Below, piece by piece: positions 57,184-64,000 of a stretch of DNA of 64,000 nucleotides; position 1 is the first letter of the stretch; the number at the start of each line of letters is the position of its first letter. The position numbers were made by a program, and so were the translations under genes. The notes under the pieces are model-generated. The model had not been told where the DNA came from and ran no database searches. It saw only the letters and a program-made list of their open reading frames with translations. The DNA comes from Candidatus Buchananbacteria bacterium RIFCSPLOWO2_01_FULL_39_33. GTDB lineage: Bacteria; Patescibacteriota; Patescibacteriia; 2-01-FULL-39-33. The DNA is taken from the NCBI GenBank assembly GCA_001817505.1, contig MHIM01000028.1:383-64382 (forward strand). The letters run 5' to 3'.

Positions 57184-58257
57184 ATGTTTGGCAGTCAAAA
57201 AAATTATCTTCCGCCGCCGGCTAAAGCGGCCAGGGGCAGCCAGCCAATCCGCCCGGCAGGAGTAGAAGCCAGGGATGAGGTTTATATTATGCCGGAGAAA
57301 TTCCATCCCCAAAAAATGAAGAGTTCATCAACTAAGACGCTGATTATCGCCACGGCTGTTTTATTAATTATAGCGACAGCCGCCGGTTCGTATCTTATTT
57401 ATGACCAGTGGCAACAAAATCAAACCCCAGTTGGAATTTCTGCCAATAAGAACACAACTATGGTAATTGAAAATATAAATACCAATATTGAGGCCAATAT
57501 TAATACCGGTCTTAATGCCAATGAGAATATAAACGTTAATACCAATGCCAATCTAAATGCCAATGAGAACGAGAATATCAATGCCAATCTAAATGCCAAT
57601 GAGAATATCAATGCCGATATCAGTGTCAGTCAGCCGCTGATTATTGTCAGAAGCGGCGACGCTGACAAGGATGGGCTGACTGATTTGGAAGAGGCCTTAA
57701 TTGGCAGTTCACCCAGTTCTCCGGACTCTGATCAGGATGGCTATTTAGATAGCGCCGAGATTATCAGCGGCTATAATCCGATTATCAATCCCGCTAGCGG
57801 CCAGCCGTTTCGTTTGGCTGAAGCGTCTTTTATCAGCCAGCTAACGACGGATTTTTCCGATGACAATTTCAGTCTTTCTTACATCAAGGGCTGGCCGGTC
57901 AACTTAATTGAGGCCTTACATGAAGCCAGGATCATAACCGCTACCGGTGAGATGATCAAGGTAGCTGTGGCTGATAATCCCAATCAAGTTTCGGCCGCTA
58001 ATTGGTATTTATCAGACCCCAAAAATTCTTCGGTCACTTTAAGCCAGCTTAACAGCTTAGAGTTTAGGGATTTTAAAGGCATCTATTCGCCAGACGGCTT
58101 GGCGGTCTATTTGACTGATTCCAAAAGAGAAAAAATTTATATTTTCCAATATGATTTAGATGAGATGACCGAATTTAGGTATCCGACGATTTTTGAAATG
58201 GTTATCAGGAGTTTGTCAATTGGGGCCGCGGCCACTTCTAGTTCAATGGCAATTTAG
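57184..58257 (+). CDS. Paralogous membrane-anchored protein with Asn-rich (NANLNANENINAN) linker, TSP3 repeats and a C-terminal globular domain
   Basis: TM helix, Asn-rich repeats, DADKDGLTDLEEALIGSSPSSPDSDQDGYLDSAEIISGYNP. Confidence 0.6.
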   Translation: MFGSQKNYLPPPAKAARGSQPIRPAGVEARDEVYIMPEKFHPQKMKSSSTKTLIIATAVLLIIATAAGSYLIYDQWQQNQTPVGISANKNTTMVIENINTNIEANINTGLNANENINVNTNANLNANENENINANLNANENINADISVSQPLIIVRSGDADKDGLTDLEEALIGSSPSSPDSDQDGYLDSAEIISGYNPIINPASGQPFRLAEASFISQLTTDFSDDNFSLSYIKGWPVNLIEALHEARIITATGEMIKVAVADNPNQVSAANWYLSDPKNSSVTLSQLNSLEFRDFKGIYSPDGLAVYLTDSKREKIYIFQYDLDEMTEFRYPTIFEMVIRSLSIGAAATSSSMAI

Positions 58258-58260
58258 TTT

Positions 58261-58755
58261 ATGCTGATTTTTGAAGTGCACCAACAAGCCAAAACTCCGG
58301 TTGCCGATAAATGGCTGAAAGAGGTAGCGCAAGCGTTTTATAAGCAGAGCGGTTTAAAGGGGGACTGGCATTTTTCTCTGGCTTTTATCGGCAATCCGGC
58401 TATGAGGCGGTTGAACCGCCTCTATCGCCAGGTTGATGCCAATACCGATGTCTTGAGCTTTGGGGAGAATTCAGCCAGAGATAAATTTTGGTCGGTTGAC
58501 AACCAAAAGTATTTGGGGGAAATCATCATTGCTGTCCCCCAAGCCAGAAAACAAGCTCGGGTTTTGAAGTGCAGTTTAAAAGCTGAAGTGGCTCGGCTGC
58601 TGGTTCACGGCTTGGCACATTTAGCCGGCTATAACCATGAAAGCGGCGATTTAAAAAAGGCCAAGAGAATGCTGAAATTGGAGAAGCGAATATTAGTGGC
58701 CTTAAAACTCTGGAAACTATTTAGGTTTGAAGAAGAGCTCGGCCACCCTAAATAA
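58261..58755 (+). CDS. ybeY: Endoribonuclease YbeY (16S rRNA 3'-end maturation)
   Basis: HGLAHLAGYNHESGD matches the Zn-binding H..H....H motif of YbeY; 164 aa. Confidence 0.9.
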   Translation: MLIFEVHQQAKTPVADKWLKEVAQAFYKQSGLKGDWHFSLAFIGNPAMRRLNRLYRQVDANTDVLSFGENSARDKFWSVDNQKYLGEIIIAVPQARKQARVLKCSLKAEVARLLVHGLAHLAGYNHESGDLKKAKRMLKLEKRILVALKLWKLFRFEEELGHPK

Positions 58756-58867
58756 TTGTTGAACACAATTTTTATTCAATAGTTCACTTATTGATGCTTG
58801 AAGTGAACATCTTTTTTTATTATAATACCATCAAGACAGGTTGAGGTATTATTTACATATTAAGCCC

Positions 58868-60115
58868 ATGCTAAAAGACAATTTAATAACCGGTTTGGAT
58901 ATAGGTTCCACTGCCATCAGAGTGGTGGCTGGGCAAAAATCCAAAGGCGAAGAAAAATTAAAAATCATCGGAGCGGTGGAAGTGCCGGCTCAAGGCATCA
59001 GTAAAGGTGTGGTTATCAGCGTTGAAGATGCTGTCTCTTCAATTTCTTCGGCTTTGGAAAAAGTTGAAAGAATGATCGGCCAGCCAATTGAGCAGGCCTG
59101 GGTGGGTATCTCCGGTTCTCATATCATCAATCAAGAGAGTAAAGGCGTAGTGGCTGTTTCCAAAGCCGACGGTGAAATCAGGGAAGAGGATGTGGAAAGA
59201 GTGATTGAAGCCGCCAAAGCCATTGCTACTCCGCCCAATTATGAAATCCTGCATGTTATTCCCAAAAACTTTACTGTTGATTCGCAAACCGGCATCAAGG
59301 ATCCTATTGGCATGAGTGGCATTCGGCTGGAAGTGGAAACGCAGATTGTCCAGGGACTGACTTCTCAGATTAAAAATCTGACCAAATGCATTTATCGTAC
59401 CGGCATTGACATTGATGATTTGGTGCTTTCCATTTTAGCCACAGCCGAAAGTGTTTTAACCAACCGCCAGAAAGAATTAGGCGTGGTGGTAGTTAATTTG
59501 GGCGGCGCCACTTCCAGTTTGGCGGTCTTTGAAGAAAATGATGTTTTACAGACCACCGTCTTGCCAATCGGTTCTGAATATGTTACCAATGATATTGCTC
59601 TGGGCTTGAAAATTTCTATTGATACGGCTGAAAAAATCAAAATCAGGGAGGGCAGCTGTTTGCCCAAGGAAGTTAAAAAAAATGATTTAGTCAAATATGC
59701 GGAATTGGGCGCGCCGGAAGACGGCGATTTCAGCCGTAAGGAAGTAGCGGAAATCATTGAAGCCAGGATTGAAGAGATTATGGAAAATGTTGATAAAGAG
59801 CTGAAAAAAATCGGCAAATCAGGTATGTTGCCGGCTGGCGTGGTTTTAACCGGCGGCGGCGCCAAATTAGATGGCTTAGCAGAGGTAGCCAAAAATGTTT
59901 TGCGGTTGCCGGCCTCGCTGGGCTATCCTCGGGAATTGATATCTAACATCGGTAAAGTGAGCGATTTGTCTTTTACTACTGCCATTGGCTTGGTTTTATG
60001 GGGCAGCCAGCTTCAGGAGCGAGGCCGACATGGCCTGATGCCTTTTCAAATCGGAGGTAGTATTGAAGGCGCGACTAAACATTTAAGGAAGTGGTTCAAA
60101 AATATATTGCCTTAA
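58868..60115 (+). CDS. ftsA: Cell division protein FtsA
   Basis: ITGLDIGSTAIRVVAG is the actin-like phosphate-1 motif. The C-terminal amphipathic tail is present. The ATG at 58868 is preferred over the TTG at 58841. Confidence 0.9.
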   Translation: MLKDNLITGLDIGSTAIRVVAGQKSKGEEKLKIIGAVEVPAQGISKGVVISVEDAVSSISSALEKVERMIGQPIEQAWVGISGSHIINQESKGVVAVSKADGEIREEDVERVIEAAKAIATPPNYEILHVIPKNFTVDSQTGIKDPIGMSGIRLEVETQIVQGLTSQIKNLTKCIYRTGIDIDDLVLSILATAESVLTNRQKELGVVVVNLGGATSSLAVFEENDVLQTTVLPIGSEYVTNDIALGLKISIDTAEKIKIREGSCLPKEVKKNDLVKYAELGAPEDGDFSRKEVAEIIEARIEEIMENVDKELKKIGKSGMLPAGVVLTGGGAKLDGLAEVAKNVLRLPASLGYPRELISNIGKVSDLSFTTAIGLVLWGSQLQERGRHGLMPFQIGGSIEGATKHLRKWFKNILP

Positions 60116-60123
60116 AAATATAT

Positions 60124-60349
60124 TAGCTTGTAGGTTGTAGCTTTTTAGCTTTTTAGGAATTAAACTAATAAGCTAATAAGCTAAAATATTATAACCTAAT
60201 AAGCTAAGAAGCTAATAAGCTAAAATATTATAACCTAATAAGCTAAGAAGCTAATAAGCTAATAAGCTAATAAGCTAAGAAGCTAAGAAGCTAATAAGCT
60301 AATAAGCTAAAATATTATAACCTAATAAGCTAAGAAGCTAATAAGCTAA
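60124..60349. repeat. Intergenic tandem-repeat array (8-mer units AAGCTAAT/AAGCTAAG organised in roughly 48-bp higher-order repeats) between ftsA and ftsZ. Same family as 8811-8915 but in opposite orientation.
   Basis: ttagcttgtaggttgtagctttttagctttttagg followed by many copies of (aagctaat)n and aagctaaaatattataacctaataagctaagaagctaataagct x3. Confidence 0.7.
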
Positions 60350-60355
60350 ATAAAT

Positions 60356-61540
60356 ATGCCTGAAATAAAACCGGAAGTGGAAACTTTTGCAAAAATTAAA
60401 GTGGTAGGCGTCGGCGGCTCGGGCGGCTCAGCCATTAATCGCATGATCGCTTCCAAAATCAAGGGAGTTGAATTTATTGCGGTCAATACCGATGTCCAGG
60501 CCCTGCTTCATAATAATGCCAGACATAAGTTGCATATTGGCGAATCAACCACCAAGGGCTTGGGAGCAGGCATGGATCCCAATATCGGCTTACAAGCTGC
60601 CCAAGAAAGCATCAATGAGCTCCGGGACTTATTAAAAGGTTCGGATATGGTTTTTGTCACTTGCGGTTTGGGTGGTGGCACAGGCACCGGTGCTTCACCG
60701 GTAATAGCTCAAGTAGCCAAAGAACTGGGCGCTTTAGTGATTGCCGTTGTCACTAAGCCGTTTTCTTTTGAAGGGGTCCAAAGAACGGAAATAGCCGAAA
60801 GGGGCTATAAAGAATTGGAAAGCCGGGTGGATACCATCATTACTATTCCCAATGATAAGATATTTCAGATAATTGATAAAAAAACTTCGCTCTTGGATGC
60901 TTTTAAAATAGTTGATGATGTTTTAAGACAAGGTATCCAAGGTATTTCCGAAGCCATTACCATCCCTGGTCTTATTAATGTTGATTTTGCCGACATCAAG
61001 GCGATTATGAACAATGCCGGTTCGGCTTTGATGGGCATTGGCGAAGCCACCGGAGAAAATCGGGCAGTAGTGGCCGCTAAAAAAGCCATTTCTTCTCCGC
61101 TTTTGGATATTTCCATTGACGGAGCCAGAGGCGTCTTATTCATTTTTATCGGCAGTCCAAGTTTAACCATGAATGAGATTAATGAGGCAGCCAATGTTAT
61201 CACGGAAAACGCCGATGCCAACGCCAAAATAATATTTGGCACGGTGATTGATGATAATATGAAGGATAAGGTGCGAGTGACGGTTATTGCCACTGGTTTT
61301 GATGATCGGCGTCCGTCGGTCAACCGGTCGATGTCGCTGGAAGAACCTAAGTATTCCATGAATCGCTTTTTTTCCAAAAAAAATATTGAAGATAAGATAG
61401 AAGAAGCCAAAAAAACAGTTGAACCCTCCAAAGAAAGCGGCGTTAAAACTTTTATAACCGAACCCAAGCCGGCTAAACGGATCGTGGCCGAAGAAGATGA
61501 TTTAGAAATCCCGGCTTTTATCAGAAGGAAGATGAAATAA
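60356..61540 (+). CDS. ftsZ: Cell division GTPase FtsZ
   Basis: [13 protein letters not shown] and [17 protein letters not shown] form the tubulin signature; T7 loop present; 394 aa. Confidence 0.95.
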   Translation: MPEIKPEVETFAKIKVVGVGGSGGSAINRMIASKIKGVEFIAVNTDVQALLHNNARHKLHIGESTTKGLGAGMDPNIGLQAAQESINELRDLLKGSDMVFVTCGLGGGTGTGASPVIAQVAKELGALVIAVVTKPFSFEGVQRTEIAERGYKELESRVDTIITIPNDKIFQIIDKKTSLLDAFKIVDDVLRQGIQGISEAITIPGLINVDFADIKAIMNNAGSALMGIGEATGENRAVVAAKKAISSPLLDISIDGARGVLFIFIGSPSLTMNEINEAANVITENADANAKIIFGTVIDDNMKDKVRVTVIATGFDDRRPSVNRSMSLEEPKYSMNRFFSKKNIEDKIEEAKKTVEPSKESGVKTFITEPKPAKRIVAEEDDLEIPAFIRRKMK

Positions 61541-61817
61541 CTTTCCTTACTCCAGCCCAGAAAAATATTTTTAGTTTTATCTTACCCCGATCTCTGGCCT
61601 TGATTTATCGGGGTAGTTTTTATCCACAATTTAAGGTAAAACTCCAGTAAAACCAAATTTTTGACACTTGTTTTAACTAGAGGGTATAATGGGTATTATT
61701 AAGGGAAGAAATATAAGGAAATAGATCTATTTTTTGCCAGTAACCACATTTTTGCAAAACATTCAGGGATCTATTTTTTTCTTCTTTAAGATTCATTAAA
61801 AATTAAGCCGATCAAGC

Positions 61818-64000
61818 ATGGAAACCCAGATAAAACAAGTTAAAAAAAGGGACGGCAGTATAGTTGACTTCAACCAAAATAAGATAACTAATGCCATTTA
61901 TCAAGCACTCAAAGCGGTCAATCGCGATGATGAGGCCTTATCTTTTGAATTGTCGGAGAAAGTGGTCGGTTTGCTGAACAATAAATTCCATTATCGTTCC
62001 ATACCGGCTATTGAAGAAATACAAGATCTGGTGGAAGAGGTTCTAATCAGAGAAGATTTGGTTAAAGCCGCCAAGGCCTATATTATTTACCGAGAACAGC
62101 ATGCTCGCTTGCGGGATTTGAAGAAAATGATCAATTCCAATGATATTATTGACGGTTATTTGAAGCAATTGGATTGGCGGGTCAAAGAAAATGCCAATAT
62201 GAGCTATTCTTTGCAGGGCTTGAACAACCATGTGGCTTCGGCTATCAGCTCACATTATTGGCTTAATAAAATTTATCCTCCGGAAATCAGGGACGCTCAT
62301 ATTGACGGCACTTTACATATCCATGATTTACAACTTTTGGCGGTTTATTGCTGCGGTTGGGATCTTCAACAATTACTGCGTCTCGGTTTTGGCGGCGTTC
62401 ACGGCAAGATTAATAGCAAGCCAGCCAAACATTTTCGGGTGATTTTAGGCCAAATTGTCAATTTTTTTTACACCTTGCAGGGCGAAGCAGCCGGCGCCCA
62501 GGCCTTTGCCAATATGGATACTTTGCTGGCGCCCTTTATCAGATATGATCAGCTTGATTATAAAGGCGTCAAACAAGCGATCCAGGAATTTATTTTCAAT
62601 GTCAACGTGCCAACCCGGGTGGGCTTTCAGTGTTTATCTGGGGACACGGAGATTTTAACTGCCCAAGGTTGGCGTGGTTATAAAGAGGTCAAAGAAAAAG
62701 ATATTATTGCTACCTTTAACACTAATTCCGGTATTATCGAATATCTGCCGGTCAAGCGTGTCTTTGCTCGTGAGTATAAAGGTAAAATGTATAATTTAAA
62801 AAATCGCATCAGCGATCAGCTGATTTCACCGGCCCATCGCGTGGTCAGGCGGCAATTTAATGGCGGTGGCTATGTTTTGGAGCCGATTGAAAAGGTGTGG
62901 CGATTAAAATCGCTGTTTATCGTGCCCGTGGGTTCGCTCGGCCATGTTCGCGGCCAAAGTTCCTTAAACGATGCCTGGGTTAAATTTTTAGCTTGGGTGA
63001 TCAGTGAGGGTACTTTGGATAAGGGTCAAAGAGGCGCCGGACGAATTAGTATTTATCAATCAGCCGAAGTTAAGTTAAGCGAATATGAGGAAATTAAAGA
63101 TCTCTGTGCTGAATTAAATTTAACTTATACGGAAAGGACACAAAGCGGTTTGGGAGCCGATTGCCAGGTGTTGCGCTTTGACGCCCTGTCAACTAAAAAG
63201 ATTTTGAAATTTTTTGGCGGTCATAAGTCATCGGGCATTAAGTTTATTCCGGCTGAAATCCTATCGGCTGAGACGGAAACAGCCAGGTTGTTTTTAGAAA
63301 CTTATATCAAAGGTGACGGTCATGACGAGTGCAAAATTACGACAACTTCCACGATTATAAAAGACGGTTTATTAATGGTGGCGGCTAATGCCGGTTATGG
63401 CGCGACAACATTAGTTAGGCAGCCGGATAATAAATTATCAAAGAAAGATCGCTATATCATTCGTTTAATTAAGCATGTTGACACTTATATAAACGAAGTC
63501 AAACAAGTTGATTATCGTGGTGTGATTTGGTGTCCCAATACTGACAATGAAACTGTAATCGCGCGCCGAAACGGCAAGATTTTTATTACTGGCAATACCC
63601 CTTTTACTAATTTAACCTTTGATCTGATTTGTCCGTCAACCTTAGCCAAGGAAAGTGTGATTATCGGCGGTTTGCCCCAGCCAGAAACCTATAAAGAATT
63701 CCAAGAGGAAATGAACTTGCTTAACCGGGCTTTTGCCGAAGTGATGATGGAAGGCGATGCTCACGGCCGGGTTTTTACTTTTCCTATTCCCACCTACAAT
63801 ATTTCCAGCGATTTTGATTGGGATAATGAGGTTTTTAATCCGCTTTGGGAAATGACAGCCAAATACGGCATCCCTTATTTTGCTAATTTCATCAATAGCG
63901 ATATGAAAGCCGAGGATGCCAGGAGTATGTGTTGCCGTTTGCGACTAGATAATCGGGAACTGCGGAAAAGAGGCGGCGGAATTTTTGCCGCCAATCCCAT
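61818..64000 (+). CDS. nrdD: Anaerobic ribonucleoside-triphosphate reductase (class III, NrdD) with N-terminal ATP-cone; 3'-partial; interrupted by an intein
   Basis: The ATP-cone is VKKRDGSIVDFNQNKITNAIYQAL. Exteins are ...NVNVPTRVGFQ | intein | TPFTNLTFD... and KYGIPYFANF. The ORF runs off the window end. Confidence 0.8.
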   Translation, partial: METQIKQVKKRDGSIVDFNQNKITNAIYQALKAVNRDDEALSFELSEKVVGLLNNKFHYRSIPAIEEIQDLVEEVLIREDLVKAAKAYIIYREQHARLRDLKKMINSNDIIDGYLKQLDWRVKENANMSYSLQGLNNHVASAISSHYWLNKIYPPEIRDAHIDGTLHIHDLQLLAVYCCGWDLQQLLRLGFGGVHGKINSKPAKHFRVILGQIVNFFYTLQGEAAGAQAFANMDTLLAPFIRYDQLDYKGVKQAIQEFIFNVNVPTRVGFQCLSGDTEILTAQGWRGYKEVKEKDIIATFNTNSGIIEYLPVKRVFAREYKGKMYNLKNRISDQLISPAHRVVRRQFNGGGYVLEPIEKVWRLKSLFIVPVGSLGHVRGQSSLNDAWVKFLAWVISEGTLDKGQRGAGRISIYQSAEVKLSEYEEIKDLCAELNLTYTERTQSGLGADCQVLRFDALSTKKILKFFGGHKSSGIKFIPAEILSAETETARLFLETYIKGDGHDECKITTTSTIIKDGLLMVAANAGYGATTLVRQPDNKLSKKDRYIIRLIKHVDTYINEVKQVDYRGVIWCPNTDNETVIARRNGKIFITGNTPFTNLTFDLICPSTLAKESVIIGGLPQPETYKEFQEEMNLLNRAFAEVMMEGDAHGRVFTFPIPTYNISSDFDWDNEVFNPLWEMTAKYGIPYFANFINSDMKAEDARSMCCRLRLDNRELRKRGGGIFAANP
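62631..63596 (+). mobile_element. Intein (322 aa) with a LAGLIDADG-type homing-endonuclease domain inserted in nrdD
   Basis: Begins CLSGDTEILT (Hint block A). Internal LAGLIDADG-like blocks LAWVISEGTLDKG and LFLETYIKGDGH. Ends ...IFITGN, followed by Thr as the +1 extein residue. The penultimate residue is Gly rather than His. Confidence 0.75.

Noticed and set aside
59392-59892. 166-aa minus-strand ORF, and 60865..61467 200-aa minus-strand ORF
   Set aside because: Antisense to ftsA and ftsZ respectively, with low-complexity Ser/Ala/Pro-rich translations.
60124-60349. Possible CRISPR array
   Set aside because: Units are only 8 nt with no unique spacers, and the higher-order repeats are near-identical. 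This is a simple tandem/dispersed repeat, not a CRISPR array.

Overview
This 64-kb window is low-GC (about 35-40%), gene-dense bacterial chromosome. Its architecture resembles a Candidate Phyla Radiation (Patescibacteria-like) genome; that assignment is inference from the compact informational core, tRNAs both with and without an encoded CCA tail, giant surface proteins and a DGR. Core genes are readable directly: infC-rpmI-rplT, smpB with an adjacent putative tmRNA, glyQS, hisS, rpsU, topA, dprA, pth, der, parAB, rel/spoT, lepB, an LCP-family protein, ybeY, ftsA-ftsZ, and an nrdD that carries an intein.

The most notable accessory content:
- (1) A complete diversity-generating retroelement at about 14.9-17.8 kb. 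A 127-bp TR/VR pair differs only at TR adenines. The RT carries the DGR-type LGxxxSQ motif, and an Avd gene sits on the opposite strand.
- (2) A defence islet (a HEPN/Abi-like gene plus a convergent Type II R-M pair) inserted next to tRNA-Asp.
- (3) A roughly 0.8-kb high-GC (about 60%) single-gene island with its own AGGAGG RBS. It sits beside a tRNA cluster that also holds GC-rich degenerate copies of tRNA halves.
- (4) Two tandem giant secreted proteins (966 aa and 3311 aa). Each begins with a VirB2/TrbC-pilin-like double-TM domain followed by adhesin-type modules (IPT/TIG, LamG, Myxococcus Cys-rich repeats, TSP3 repeats, vWA).
- (5) Several dispersed intergenic repeat families, perfect palindromes, a tRNA-like gene with an 18-nt anticodon loop, and a small Cys-rich CPGH-repeat protein.

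All functional calls rest on motif recognition by eye. No database search was possible.
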